Origin: Dicyema japonicum
Taxonomy: Eukaryota > Animalia > Dicyemida
NCBI GenBank assembly: GCA_011109175.1
Contig: RDEW01000021.1
Span: forward strand, 11,080 to 75,079
Direction of reading: 5' to 3'
Length of the DNA: 64,000 bases
Positions 1 to 13,639 of this stretch are shown piece after piece. The notes under the pieces were generated by a model. It searched no databases, had not been told where the DNA came from, and worked only from the letters and a program-made list of their open reading frames with translations. The translations under genes and the position numbers were made by a program. Position 1 is the first letter of the stretch. Every line of letters starts with the position of its first letter.

Positions 1-29
1 AAATATATTTCTGATGTCCTTATCCTTAT

Positions 30-140
30 CGGACGCCAATAAATAGCATCAACGAGAAATAATTCCGCGAACGCTGCTGGTTGTTTGAACGAATTTTGCT
101 CGCAATCTTTTAGGGAATACCACGCAGTCAGACGGCTTCC
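30..140 (+). mobile_element. 3' end fragment of CRE-like RLE non-LTR retrotransposon
   Basis: cgctgctggttgtttgaacgaattttgctcgcaatc aligns by eye with the C-terminal RCWLFERISLAI segment of the element at 24889-27400. Confidence 0.65.
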
Positions 141-250
141 CTATGACCCTCGGATGATTAACTGTAGAAGCCACTGAGACTCACGTGCGTCGTGACATTG
201 AAGTCCCAGCATCTTGGTGAAACGAAGCGATTTCCCGCTTATTCATCCAG
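141..250 (-). mobile_element. Second CRE-like 3' fragment, tail-to-tail with the first
   Basis: Closely similar to the 15148-15380 copy (shared ctcacgtgcgtcgtg and gaaacgaagc..ttccc.ctt). Confidence 0.6.
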
Positions 251-589
251 TGTTCTCAACTAACGAATTGCCACATATTCTTAAAGTTTTCATATATTTT
301 TTAAAATCATGATAACTTTTGGTTTCAACTAAAATTCTAACTATTGATTCCCACCAACATGTTGCTTCGCAAATATAAGTTTCTCATCAATTGACATGAT
401 CTCAAAAATATGGAAAAATTGCAAAAATGCGTATAATTCATTTTTAACATATTTTTTGGAAATCATAATTATTAAATGTGAGAAAAGGCACCAGCTGTCA
501 AAAGACAGTTGACATTGCCGCGAATGATGACAATTCCGCTCCCGAGACTCCCATCGCCCTGGACGAGATTGCGCTTCCAATCCAAGACC

Positions 590-760
590 TGCAGGCATGA
601 GCACTCAATGGAGTTACCTCTCATCATCGCCAGCCCAATGTTCCGGAGAAACATTGTCTCATTTTGGCTCGCTTTTCCGCAGCCCCACAAGCCTTCGATT
701 AGTCTGATAAACTCAGACGTGCACGGGCCAATAACGCCAGAATATCATAGATTTATTTCA
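590..760 (-). mobile_element. Diverged CRE-like 3' fragment
   Basis: ORF 472-690 contains FLRNIGLAMMRGNS, resembling the CRE C-terminal FERISLAILRGNS. Confidence 0.4.
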
Positions 761-944
761 TTAACGATTTGCTTAAATTTGTTTTTTTCTACCAAGTCCT
801 TAATGTTTCAAATAAATATGGTAAATTTTGTCATCTGGGACTCGCACACAAGAAAAAGAAAAAAAACGGCAGGTTAAAAACATTGCCTTAGAATAATTGC
901 CTCAGATTAATTAGCCTGACTGTTCTTAATTATTATTAGCAATA

Positions 945-1000
945 TACAGTAAAACCTCTCGAATCCGCCGATTTTGGGAAGGGCAAAAAAGTCTGCGTAA
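945..1000 (+). mobile_element. pogo/Tigger-like DNA transposon terminus (one end only)
   Basis: TA followed by CAGTAAAACCTCTCGAATCCG; a related end occurs at 5460. Confidence 0.5.
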
Positions 1001-3000
1001 TATTTCATGTGGTGATGAACACGCTTGTTTCTACTAATCTTTGGACCTAGCTAGCTGTTTGGGAGAAAAGAGCGGGGGTTGATTTGTTAGACGTTGCTAG
1101 CTTGCTAATTAGGGAATTGATCTTGATAAATTTGATATCGAAGCTTTATTGGCCCATGAGGAACAAGCATACTCAATCGTCGGTTTTAGGAGTTGATTGA
1201 ACACGACGAAGGCGCATTCCTGTGACGTCCTGGACTTCAAGAGCGGTTTTTATATTAAGTTTCCTGAGACCCTATGTCATAAAGTTCTTCACATGTTGAG
1301 AAAATGTCATCAAAGGGTCAAATGTCACTCCCTGGATAGTTGGACGACTCTGTAGTGGTAAGGAGTCTCCAAAATGTTCAAATCAAGTGTATGTTTTTCT
1401 TTTCTGTCCGTGGTGAAGATTGTATATGTTGATTTGTCCCTGGATACGGAGAGACGATTCAACTTCAACCAGGCTCCCAGGTCGTCAATATGTGACTGAA
1501 GCTCTGATTTTGCTGTACCCACGTATTTGTTCCTGCTAGCGATGATTAGGTCGTCAGCATAAGTGAGAAGCATTTAATCTGGTCCTCCAGGGCAGGGTAA
1601 ATCGTTGAGGAACAAGTTGAATAATGCCGGAGAAAGGGGCGATCCTTGAGGACGCCATTAGATCGAGACGGGACCTCGATCTTGCGTGGCCTATACAGAC
1701 ACGTCCTCTTCTTCCGGAGAGAAAATTGGCTATCCATCTATTCAAATCCGTCTGAATGGTGGTGTCAAAAACCTTCTTCGTGAGTAATATTCTCGAGACA
1801 GAATCGAACGCCTTCTGGATATCCAAGGAAACCATTATTGTCCGTAGATAACGTTTCGGTACGTTGAACCCTTCTGATATAAATTGAGACAGTGAAGTCA
1901 AATGTTATAGTTGAACGCTCACATATGAAACTATGTTGAAAGTGCATTGGGCAAATGGGGTTTAATTTTCCAGAGTACGAGTTTCTCCATTAGGCGCGAT
2001 AATGCGCACGTTAATGAAATTGGACGGTAGGAAGAAGGTGAGGTTTTCGGTTTTCCTGGTTTAAGGATCGGTATTATAAGTGAGTTTTTCCATTTGCATT
2101 GGATGACGTTCATGTTAGAAGACAAATTAAAAATTGACGTAATTGAATTGATTGCAGCATTACCAAAGGAATGCGTCAGGTCCACACGTAAAAGATCTCT
2201 TCATCGATCTTATAGCCTGTGTGACCTCGGCATGCGTAAAAGATTGATCCATGAAGTTGGTTTAGGCACTAAATTCCGAAAGTGACAAGAATGGATTTTC
2301 GAGAAGTCCTTGTGACTTATGGATGCGTAGTATTTCATTAGATTGTTAGCTTGAACAGTATTCGGAGCAGAAAAAGATTCTGATTCATCTGATAAGTTTA
2401 GCTTGATTCGACGAATAGTTTTCCATAAAAGACTCGTAGATTTCATATTCCAATAGATGATAATAGGCACTTCCACGCCATCTTTCTTTTCTCTGATGAA
2501 CTTTGTAATTCTCTGATTTAAGCATTTTATATTTTCCAAATCAGAAGAGGTTTGCAGATGATTCATCTTCAGGGAGTTTTTTTGTTTGACAATTCTCCGA
2601 GTCCAGAGTAGGCTTGTGGGATTTGTAAACTGCACGTGGTACAAACAACTTTTAAGCTTGAAGGATATATGGTTTAGATGGTCCACTGCTTTGTCGATGG
2701 AGCAAAATGAAGTGGATCACAATAGTTCCGCGGTCTTGTCGTGTAGAATAAAATCATCCAGTTGCGAGCTCACAACGTGAAAGGATAAAACGTTTTTAAA
2801 AATGGTGAGTAAGCCGCAACCACGTACAATGCGATCTTTTCTGATAGAGATGTATCCAGGAAATATTGGGGTTGTACTCTTTGTAGAAAGTTTTGACTCC
2901 TGGATAAGGCAGATGTCAATCTTGTGCTTGGTTAATAAACATCGTAACTCCAGAATCTTTGTTTTTATTCCGCTAGCATTGAGTTGCATAATAACAAGGG
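1000..3000 (-). mobile_element. Degenerate APE-RT LINE ORF2 (jockey/I-like)
   Basis: APE motifs QLNASG, ICLIQESK (2717-2989); RT motifs IPILKPGK..SSYRPISL, SLDIQKAFDSV, TYADD, spread over frameshifted ORFs. Confidence 0.9.
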
Positions 3001-3584
3001 GTTTTGGTCCAGCCTTTTGTTCAATATTTCCAGAAAAAAATGGAATTCATGGGAACAAACAACATCCCTAGTTTACAGTTGAGGTGTACCATCCAGCATA
3101 AGGAGTCTGGATGGGAAAGAGCAAATGGTCTTTTTGGTGTATTATTACACTGAGCGCCACCACAAAGGTGAACCACATGACGCTTCGAGAATAATTTTTT
3201 TTAAACTGACTATATTATTTAAAAAATTTTACAGTAGAATATTATTTATTAACTATGGAGGAGAGCGGCTGCTGACATCACGGAGTAAGCTTAAGCATCT
3301 CCGCTTAGAGAAACAGCAAGCAGCATACAGAGCCCCGGTATTTCTCAACACAGGAACATAGAAAATGTCTCTTATCGACGTTATTCAGGCCTCTGCATTG
3401 AAAGTAAGGATTTGTAGGTCATTGGATTGTTCTAAATGCTTTAGACATAAAAGCAAAATAGAGGTACGTCACCACTCAAACAATAAGTTTTCTGAGTTTA
3501 TCTCCAAAATTGAGAAAGTTTCTTCTTATACTTTGGGAAGGATTCTAGAATAATTAGACTTTGACCCAAATGGATGGTCTAGAT

Positions 3585-4684
3585 CAGGGGTTCTCAACCT
3601 TTTTTTACTCGTCGACCCCATGACTTTTTTTCGACCCCCCCTAATATTAATTGACCCCTTAAAACTTTTTTATTTAGAACAGACAATTCTAAGTAAAATT
3701 AGTTAACTATCTAAAATGAATTCATTGTTAATAATCAAATCAAACAAAAAAGTATATATTCGATGTTAAGTTGGTATCTTTGCATAAATCTATAATAAAA
3801 AAGAATTAAATATGAATGGGATCCCTGTTACTGAAGTTTTTTGACCAAAGATTCGATATCTGGCACTACATGTGTTATTTTTAAACGAATATCTCTTCTA
3901 ATAGACATATCCAATCTGTTTCGTTCTTTATTTACAATTCGATGTAGAATGCTAAATCCGCATTCAACACAGTATGATAGAGTAGCAATTGTGCTATTTC
4001 TGTCCACAATTTGACAACTCTTTTACTTTCATATTTTGCCAAAAAAAATAACAGGTGATTGTGAATCATTATAATATAGTTTTAAATCAGGATTGAATTT
4101 TTAACATAATTAATTCCTCTTGGGAACTCTCATTTTTTGAATAATCATTGCAATTTTATAGGATGTCCTCCTACATATAATTTAAAATAACAACAACTAT
4201 TGTTTCTTTCATTACTATATGTAAAATAGTGTCAATCGTTTTTTGTTTACGAAAAAATCTTTTAATTCTTCAAAATACTCTAATGGTTAATCTTTTTTAT
4301 CAGAATGGATTCTCCTTAGATGATCCAACAATTTGGACAGTTTCATTGCATCATTTGATAATGACCTATAACACAGTAAGCAATATGGTCAATTATCAAA
4401 AGAATTTTTTATAAATCCAAATGCCAAATATTCATTTTATATTGACAATTTTTAATGTAGAAGGACGACTAATACACGAACAAAAACAAGCATGGTAATT
4501 TTAAAAATTTTAAAGAACAAAGGTTTACCACTTTAAAAATAAACTAACTTAATTAAAATTAAAAAAATTAAATGTATTAAATTTATTTTCGACCCCCAAA
4601 TGTTTCATTTTTGACCCCTTACGATCGATCTGGATTGATTTTAGACCCCTGGGGGTCGAATCGACCCCAGGTTGAGAACCGCTG
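3585..4684 (-). mobile_element. hAT (Buster/Charlie-type) internally deleted transposon
   Basis: TIRs CAGGGGTTCTCAACC / GGTTGAGAACCGCTG; perfect 8-bp TSD gtctagat (3577-3584, 4685-4692); minus-strand dimerisation-domain remnant SYCVECGFS near 3950-3990. Confidence 0.93.
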
Positions 4685-5457
4685 GTCTAGATTTTTGACC
4701 ATTTTAAGGAAATATTGCTGGTGTTTCTACAAATGAACAATTATTGGTGTTTCGTTTAATGTTTTCCATTATAATAAGATTCTCTTTTTGGTAAATAAAA
4801 ACCAAATCGGCGTATTTGGGTCATTATTGTGTTACAGTCATTAGCTAAATAAATCTTTATTAGAACCTTTTCTATAAAATAATAAAATAATCATCATCGT
4901 GATATTGCAACTTGATTGAATAAATTGTAACAGATAAATAATTCGTAAAAACTAATATGAGTATAACCGCATCGGTAGTATTCCCATATTAGTTTGTGGT
5001 ATCTTTGTGATATTTGTGTAATGTTTACCACCTTAATTATAAAAAAAACGTACCATAAACAATTTCTGTTATTAAGTCAATAGTATAAAACTCATTGTAA
5101 AGTGTGGAATTAGTTCAAAATTATATTATCAAAAGATAACCTAAACTCTCCATTAGTTTTCCAGTCATCTATATTTTGATCGTTTTTTAACATCCATAAA
5201 CTATTTTCCTTTAGTTAAAAAAATATATATTATAAATGGATTCTTATAAATCATATATGAATCAATAATAAATATTCTCATAGCATATTATTTGACGATT
5301 TGCTTAACAGAATAAATATGATAAAATTAATAGTTCTGTTCATTTAATCTAAATTTTATTAGGTCAAATTTTATTATATTTTAATTTTTGACATTATTTT
5401 ATTTAATTATTATAAATATCTATAATAATAGATATTTTATTACGATTTTAAAATAAA

Positions 5458-5510
5458 TACAGTAAAGTCTTTCGAATCCGACTATTTTGGAAAACAACTA
5501 AGTAAGTTGA
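5458..5510 (+). mobile_element. pogo/Tigger-like terminus
   Basis: TA + CAGTAAAGTCTTTCGAATCCG, similar to the end at 947. Confidence 0.45.
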
Positions 5511-5529
5511 TACATTTTCTACTTCTACA

Positions 5530-6530
5530 GAAACAGAGTCCATCCGGAATCAGCATAGAGGTATCGTGAACTAGCTGGATAAAGGGTGTGGCGGATACCT
5601 ACCAGCAAGTCACAGTGGGTTCCGAGAAGTGAGGTCTCCGGCAAACATTGTATGGAGCCAGTTTCAAAACAAACGATTGGGAAACCCCAGGGTGATTCCC
5701 TCTCCCCTTTACTATTCACCATATACCTGAATCTGCACTCCGCGATGTCCGTAAATGCTATATAGGAGACATAGTAGAGACATCTTATGCGGATGATCTG
5801 GATTTCGTATCACGGGATGTGACCTCACTCCAATACCTACTAGAAATTGCACCTGCTGAGTTTGAGAAATAGTTCCTCAGCGTATATGTAAACTAAACTG
5901 AAATTACTGAAATCAAAAGAGAAGACGATATTACTCATGAAAGATGGATACGTATTAATAAGCTCGACTCTATACTAGGAGAACCTGAAGATGTACTAAG
6001 GAGAAATACACTGGCATATGCAGCAATGGCTAAACTGAAGAAATGATGGCAAAGGGTCAAAGGACTTTGAATTGACATCAGATTCAGACTTTACAACGCG
6101 TTTGTAAAACCGATCCTACTGTACAACGTTGGGACCTGGAGAAGTTCCTTCAACGAACTATTGAAACTGAATTCGTTCCATAGAAGGCAACTAAAAAGCT
6201 TACTCGGAATGGAGTGGCCACGTAGAATATCAACCATTGGTATTTACAACAAATGTATGTGTTCGTACATCAGCAAGGATGTGATAGATGCCCTGTGGAG
6301 GCCATTTGGGCATGTACTAAGAATGAACCCGGACGCACCCGATAACAAAGTGATGGAAGATTACTTTGACAGTTGCGAAAAACCCTTCCACAGATAACCT
6401 AGATCGACACTTCCGAATGCCTTTAACAAAAAATTAAATCGTGTGAGAAAAAATCTAAAGACGGTGGACGACCTGGACGAATTGAGATCACTCGCATTCG
6501 ACAGAGGAAGATGGAAAAGACTAACTATAA
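5530..6530 (+). mobile_element. RTE-clade LINE RT 3' fragment
   Basis: PQGDSLSPLLF, SYADDLDF, RLYNAFVKPILLYN, KLNSFHRRQL..WP; same family as 27890-31000. Confidence 0.85.
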
Positions 6531-6999
6531 ATGTTGTTTCTTTGAGTGTTGCACATGCGGGGCTATAATCATTATGGCTTTCGTGAAAGTGCCTTTCACA
6601 TCTGCTGAACCAACCGGCTGGCTTGAAACTAACCAAGAAACAGTGTTTTTGAGTAAATTTGGCCTTCTTCTCATACCTTTCCTGTAGAGCCCGCTCGATC
6701 TACATCTTCCTTCACTTTCAACTTCCATGCCTCCATTACAATGTCTTCGTTCATTTTGAGGACTGCCTAAATGTCCCTCTCCATTTGATTTTCGCACTAA
6801 TCTCATAATCGAACAAGACCTTCATCAAACTATAGACATTAGCCGCTCTTTCCGCTTGGAGACTTGCTCGAGTGGGAAGCTCAGTTGTTCATTTCTTTTT
6901 CAATACTAAGAACAAAGTTGACAGACCACCTCAATCGTTATGTAGTTTCAGTTGCTTGCTTACAAGATACCTTTCGTCATTTTATTTTTTTCAATGTTA

Positions 7000-7130
7000 C
7001 ACAGAACTAAATCAACCTGGCGAGACATGTGACTATTTGGTGGGACCATGGAAAATCAGAGTGAGGAGACAGTTTCCATCTACAATCAAATAGATTACAT
7101 AATCACTGCGCCGTAATCTTAAATGTACAT
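7000..7130 (+). mobile_element. RTE endonuclease fragment
   Basis: tacaatcaaatagattac (YNQIDY) matches the APE of the RTE at 29779-30228. Confidence 0.5.
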
Positions 7131-7714
7131 TAATGGACAGAGAAACACGTTATGTTATTGTTAATGTTTTTGTAATTATGTATTGTTAATGTTTTTGTCC
7201 TCAATTAGGAATTTCGACTTTGAACATCGAATGTCAGTATATTTTAAAAGTTTATTGAAAACTACACTAACAAATGTATTTCGCAAATAATAATGGTAGA
7301 CAATCAAATATTCAATTAAAACTATTTCTTACAAGTCTTATGATGAAATGCTAATTACAATAAAACAAATAACTTGATCTACTAATTTTTTATTGAATTC
7401 TCAGACAAATTTTACAACATCTCAATAAAAATAGAATTAAATTCTAGTATTTAATAGTTAACACTCAAAGATAATAAAACCTACACAAATACAACAAATC
7501 TTCCAAATATTAAACATGGAGATTACTAAAAATGCGGATATATGTCCGTAAGTTTTGAGAATGGTAATACTATCATATTATATTCTTTGGTGTTAAAATA
7601 CTACACTAAACTATCACATCCATATTTTATTGGAAAAGGTTTGACATAATTTAATTTAGCACATGACTGTGATCCATCTAACGATCCAAATGTTCAATAT
7701 TGGTATTTTATTGC

Positions 7715-7835
7715 GGAAAATTGACTGGCTGCCAAAATTGCCTCCAGACATTCTATTCCACTCGTCACAAAATTCTTGAACCCTTCTCAAGTAGGTGTCG
7801 GTATTCGCTTGGGAAGCGAGATGTGAGGACACTCA
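7715..7835 (+). mobile_element. Internal CRE RT fragment
   Basis: Near-identical to ~25510-25640 (attctattccactc.tcacaaaattcttgaaccc..ctcaagtag..gtcggtattcgcttggga). Confidence 0.75.
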
Positions 7836-7839
7836 TAAA

Positions 7840-10800
7840 CCACAGTATAAAAGATTTCCGGGTGCATGGTCATATCGCCGCGCATTTCAAGGAGAAGAAG
7901 TGTCTCAAGTGCGGAGGGGAACACTACCTTGTGTGTGAATTTTCTCCAGATGTGAAGACAAATTGTATTAATTGGAGGACCAGGGCTTAATACCCGATAC
8001 AGAGGATGTCCTGCTGGGCCGGTGGAGCGGAGTGCTACACGGGAACTTAAGCAGAGCAAGGCAGAAGTTTCCGAGACTTTATCTCGTGAGTTAAATAAAA
8101 TAATCGTACATCTGGACAAGCTATGTACACTGCTGAAAATGGATTTACGTAATTTGGTGGACCTGGCTGTGGAAAGCGAAAACTATGAAAAATTATTTAA
8201 AAATATTGCTGGCAAGCAATCCTCCGAGTTCTTGCAAGAATTCAGCCGTCATTGGACCAACGGCTCCCGATGATTCGGTCGCAACAGGAGTAAATCGGTA
8301 GCGATCCCCGAGGCAAGAATATTTCTTGATTTTTAGGTTTTCCGCGGTCGAAGCAGCTGCTCCAGGTGTCTGAGGATTGCTTGCCAGAAAGAAAAGGGAT
8401 CAACGAGAAGGGTTATGGCTAAGACAAAAGATCGGAATAGCCATACTCCTAGGGAACTCAACTGTACGCAATCCACGCAGCAGGCTTCCTCAACTGACAT
8501 TTGTTTAATTGTTAAAAAAAATTTTGTTAATAAAAAAAAATAGTGCTGGTGAATGCCAGCTCCTTGGTGAAAGGCATGATGAACTAGCGCTACTTGCGAA
8601 GAATGTCAAGGTTGATGTCTTGGTAGTCAACGAGACGAAAATTAAACACGGAAGATATCATAGTATGGAGGAATATGACTCGGTGGACATCTCGTTAAAG
8701 GATAAAACAGTGGTTGGGACTTCGATCTTTTTCCATAAAGAATTGCAAACGCGAAACGATTCTATTTTATTAGCTGCCGATCGGAATTCGTGTTCGTCGA
8801 TGTATAATGTGGAGCGACATGGATAAGAGTGGGAGGATTATTCTCTAAGGACTTGGCCCGATCTTCTGCGAAAATTGTTGATTTTTTCGAAGGAGCCCCG
8901 ATGTCGATCTTTGTAGGAGACCTGAATGCTAATATTACGAGTTACAGATGTTGCAAATCAACGGGATGGGAGACTCCTAGCAGATCTGGAGCGAAGTTTG
9001 AGATGAAGTCTTGACGTCTGACAAACCTAACCATTTCTCACATTATGGCGGTGATATGCTGGGATTGGTCCTAGTGTCTTTACAATTTCTAGATCATGTG
9101 GACAGACAAGAATACTTTGGGATATAGGGAGCGATCATATCCCACAGGAGGTGATTATAAACCTGGAGCCGAATATTGTTGAAGATATTTTCATAAATAA
9201 TGATACCTCGTCGATAGACTGGGGACATTATCGTTGTTATTTGTCGAAGACTTTACAAATGAGGACTAATTCTTTTTCTATACCTGAGGAGCTGGACGTG
9301 TTTAACTGGGAACTATCTAATATTATGCTGGTGTATCTGCGATTGTACGGAAAGAAGGTCTATTCAAGAGTGTTTCTAACAACAAACAATCTTGCCCACC
9401 TATGATACGGAATCTTATTCGCGAGAGGAATAATCTGAAGGCTAAGCTTAAACGATGTGTGGATTTGTAGGACAGGACAACTCGAAAAGCAAAATTTATG
9501 TGATTCAAAAATTTTTGGAAAGAGCATGGAAAGTTGCGCAGGATAAATTGAAAAATGCAGTCTCAAAAGTTAACTGGAAAAACCCATGTTTCTGGAAAAT
9601 GTACAGAAGGCTTACTAATGGAAATTTAAAGGCGAAGAGTATTGTGCTGGCCGATCATGAGAGAAAAACAATTTCTTTGGAAAGACTACCTTCGGTGTTC
9701 AGGAATCAACTCGAAGATATACAAGAAGTTGATACTCTTAGTATTATACTTGAGAAGTTTTCAGAGGAAATATCTAATTCTATGGATTACTCTATGGACG
9801 AGCTGAAAATTCTGTAAGAAGACATTACTCTGGCAGAAGTCAGAACTGCTATACGCGAGTGCAAGAACCAGGCTCCTGGATTCGACAACATTCCATGATT
9901 ATGTTATAAAAAAGGGTCCGATGAACTACTATTTGTTCTAAAAAAATGTATAACTCGAGTTTTAAGCTCGGACATGTTTTTCCGTTATGGAAGCGTTCTA
10001 TTATGAAGATGATCCTCAAACCTGGAAAGTGGATGAAAAATTCTCTTAGTTATAGACCAATAAGCATATAAGTTATACATCAAAGATTATGGAACGAATT
10101 GTATTCAAGAGATTGAATCGGCATATGGAAGAGAGTATCTTTCTACGACCTTACCAATTGGGTTTTTCGTCCGGGAAGATCGTGCGGAAATTGTATATTC
10201 TCGCTAAATTACGAAATTACAAATGCATTTAAGAAGAAAAGTCAGTTAAGCCTTGATTGCCTTGACATCTCGAAGGCGTTCGACAGTGTATGGAAGCCTT
10301 ATTTTGTCAACTTGTACGATCAAAGATATCCAAACAAATTCCTATGATTGAAAGACTATTTGACTGGAAGGATATTTTATGTGGTAGTCGGTGGAAGATT
10401 TTCTGATGGTATATCGTTTAAAAGGGGAGTACCGCAGGGATCTATTTAAGCCCCCCTGTTATTCAACGTATTTATGGAAGATTTTACGTCACCGCTAGAC
10501 GTCAGGACATGCTGATAATATACGCTGATGACATTTTAATCTTGGATTCGTCTTTGAAGGCATACCTTTCAGAGGAGCTTTTGTCAACAAAGTCCAGGAT
10601 TGGTATGATCGGAGAGCCCTGAGATTCACCACGGAAAAATCCAGTTATTTACGGAAAAGCAGGCTGAGTAGGCATCACTAAGAGCCTTACACTCTTTACA
10701 TACCGAGAGTTTCGTCGCTGAAATACCTTGGAATTGTAGTTGATGGAAAAGAATCATATCTGAAGGACATTGAAGAGCCGAGAAAGAAGACTGTGCGAGC

Positions 10801-11060
10801 ATGTTCTGCACTAGAAGCCTAAAGTTGGATGGTGATACCTTGCTTTTTGTTTTTTGTAATGTGATTCTTCCAAGACTTAGCTATGGAAGCAAGGGATGGT
10901 TTTACAGCCCGTCGAGGGAGAGGATCCTCTCTAGACTTGAGAAAACAAGGTGAGCGGCGATCAAACTATCACTTGGAAAAAATTATACGAAGGACTGACT
11001 GAGGAAAAGAACAAACTTGTCAGGCCAATCATGTTGAAATCAGGATGTGTAACTTCAAGA
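7840..11060 (+). mobile_element. Degenerate jockey-like LINE with gag-type ORF1 and APE-RT ORF2
   Basis: Zn knuckle CLKCGGEH (7900-7930); VLVVNETK, FVGDLNA, GSDH (APE); APGFDNI, LDISKAFDSV, VPQGS, YADD (RT); many stops and frameshifts. Confidence 0.85.
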
Positions 11061-11078
11061 CCAGCATAAGAGTTATTA

Positions 11079-11760
11079 GCAGGGCGGAAATAATTGGACA
11101 TTTTTTAGGACATTTTAAAAACAAAATAGTACAATTAGGACATTTTAAGACAAAAATAAGACAATTATATTATTTTTTAAATTATTTTGTATTTTTGACG
11201 TTCAACTATAAACAAAATATAACAAACACTTTATCTTGGCTTTAAATTATTCTAAAAAATAACTAATCTAAGAATTATTTTAGGACAATTTATATGGAAA
11301 TTAACAAAAATTATAATCTTACTTTCATCGATTATTAAATAGAATTGTTTGTTTAAAAATGTTTTATGTAGTTCAATAATATAAATTGAAGGAACATGAT
11401 AATTTAGCAGGTTTTTTATATAACAATTTCCAAATTGCGACAAATCGGGGAGAGTGGAGGAAACTTGTTCATGAGATCTCCAAGGGTCGGATAACATAAC
11501 ATAATTTGTGAACTGGAATATCGGCATTTTAAAATGCTTTAGCCAAAAAAGATATCCAGTTTTCTTAGTTTTCTCAAGAAAAAGTTGAGTGGTTTCTTGT
11601 AGCATTCAGTCTGATGTCTTTTCCATTAAGATATAGATCGGTGTAGTTTTATTGGATGATTTTACTATCTTAGAGCATTTTGGTAGTATAAATCTCCTTT
11701 ATGTGTTTTTGTAAATATGTATGAGAGAAAATTGCTTTTGAAATTCATTTCTTGTTTTAC
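11079..11760 (-). mobile_element. hAT transposase remnant (CGGBP1-like type) with one terminus
   Basis: Terminal-like CAGGGCGGAAA at 11079 with repeated ggacatttt subterminal motifs; minus-strand remnants resembling NADIPVHKL and FYLIIDE. Confidence 0.45.
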
Positions 11761-11849
11761 CTCTGAGTTCTAATAGTTTTTATATTTGAGAAAATGCAAA
11801 CCTGCCATTAAAAGAAAACTGTTAGTACACAAAAAACAATTTATAACGT

Positions 11850-13335
11850 ATTTATTTAACACCCAAGACAACGGTACCCAGGAACACAGGAAGTCGGAAG
11901 TCCTTCTCTTTTCATGGAGAAAACTGAAGAAGGATTCTAACCAGTTTACTTCTCGGATGAAGACGTGAAGAATGCGCTGCGTTTTACAAGAACCAACGTA
12001 CTCTGCCGGTCCCGACAACATTCCAGTAGTGTTATTGAAAACCTTGGAGATATGGAGTGGGTTTTCTAACGTCGGTGTATAACTATTCATTAATTGTAAT
12101 GTAATACCGTTGTTATGGAAGCAAACCAACATCCGACCTATACTGAAACCTGGAAACCTAAGGAAGATCCGGCATCATTTAGACCTGTGTCATTGTTATG
12201 TTCCATATCGAAAATACTGGAAAGGCTTGTGCTTGGGAGAATCAAGGCTTTCTTACCAGAAAAGGATTTTCAACACGGATTCAAGAGCGATTGTTCTACA
12301 TCAACGTACCTACAGAAATTAACCAACTTCATTAGAGATGGATTTTCAAACAAACCAAGGCATTTGAAGACATTCTTATGTTCATTGACATTAACAAGGC
12401 CTTTGATTCTATTTCGAGAAAAATATTATCAAAGAAAATTTTCCAGTCCGAGATCCCGGGGAAGCTTAAACTTGGATAACAAATTTCTTAAGTGGACGAA
12501 GGGACGTGTATGCCTCGGAGACTGAAATCAGTCTCACGTCTTCTCCCAAACGGTGTCCCCCAAGGATCTCCTTTATCCCCGCCTTATTCAATTTATACCT
12601 GGCAGACCCGACACCGGAATCCAATAACGATGTTCTACTCTCATATGCGGACAACATTGTTTTGGCCTCGCGTGATCGGGATATTCAAAATGCTACAGAA
12701 AGAATACAAATTAACCTCTACCGACTCAACGCCTGGGTAATGAAGAACCGACTCACGGTAAATTTCAGAAAGTCGGTCACGTCTATGTTTACTTCGGACA
12801 AAAAGTAAGGGGAGATGATTTCCAAGTTAAAATTGGACAACATTGAAATCCCCTTCACCAAATGTTAGAAGTTCCTGGGCCTGACACTGGATGCACACTT
12901 ATTTTTGTCACCACACGTGGCAAACATTGTTCTGAAATGCGAGAAGAGGATCAATATATTAGTTTATCTGGAATATGCAAGACAGGTACCCACCTGGTCT
13001 TGATGAATATTTACAAACAATACATCGAACCATGCTTCTCGTACGCGTATGCTTCGTGGGGACCTTCATTATCATGGACGAACACTAAGAAAATCGAGGA
13101 CGTTCAAAACAAATCTTTCAGAATGACAGAGCGTTGGTCTTGTGGGAGACACAGAACCGGACCGACTACTTTGGAGGCCCTTATTAAACAAAACTCCGGC
13201 ATGCGGGAAGGTGGTCCTGCAAATACAGTCAGCCGCCCTATACGAGCTTGTGTGGGTACGAGGGAGGAGCACCGGGAAAGAATAACTCCCTCTTTAATTT
13301 TCCTTGCTAATAAGTTGTTAAAGTTAAAAGTTAAA
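11850..13335 (+). mobile_element. 5'-truncated degenerate LINE RT with 3' end
   Basis: AGPDNI, FRPVSLL, FQHGFKS, GVPQGSP, SYADN, YKQYIEPCFSYAYASWGP, C-terminal RACVG..EHR; short gttaaa tail. Confidence 0.9.
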
Positions 13336-13344
13336 AACCTCGTT

Positions 13345-13630
13345 TGTGGCAAATTATACCTGGTTAAGATGAAGCCCGTGGAAACACTGGTGGAGGTCTA
13401 TCGCGATTCTGACGTGCAAGTCAATTGTCGAAGCTGGGAATAGGGCCGAAATACTAATCGAGCCATCTAGTAGATGGTTCTCTCTGAAATTTCTCTCAGG
13501 ATAGCTAGCGCTCAAGACTAGTTTCAGATGTTAAAGCGAATGATTAGAGGATTTGTGCTTATACGGGTTTAAACTATTCTTAAACTTTAAACGTGTGAGA
13601 ACTGTGACTAACTTGAGTGTAGTCATGGGC
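13345..13630 (+). pseudogene. 28S (LSU) rRNA fragment, domain II, about 285 bp
   Basis: Colinear conserved LSU blocks: GGAAACACTGGTGGAGG, CTGACGTGCAA, CTAATCGAGCCATCTAGTAG, CTCAGGATAGC, TAAAGCGAATGATTAGAGG, CTATTCTTAAACTTTAAA. Flanked by LINE sequence on both sides. Confidence 0.92.
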
Positions 13631-13639
13631 TTTATTTAA

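Noticed and set aside
4700-5400. piggyBac transposase remnant
   Set aside because: Too degenerate; no TTAA/TIR pair or convincing motif.
6540-6700. Gypsy gag remnant (WFSRCERHF)
   Set aside because: One short motif only; no LTR or pol nearby.
12862-13443. 193-aa ORF as a novel protein
   Set aside because: It is LINE 3' sequence reading through into the 28S fragment by chance.
13345-13630. Functional rRNA gene
   Set aside because: Only ~285 bp, with no adjoining LSU sequence, and embedded in LINE remnants.
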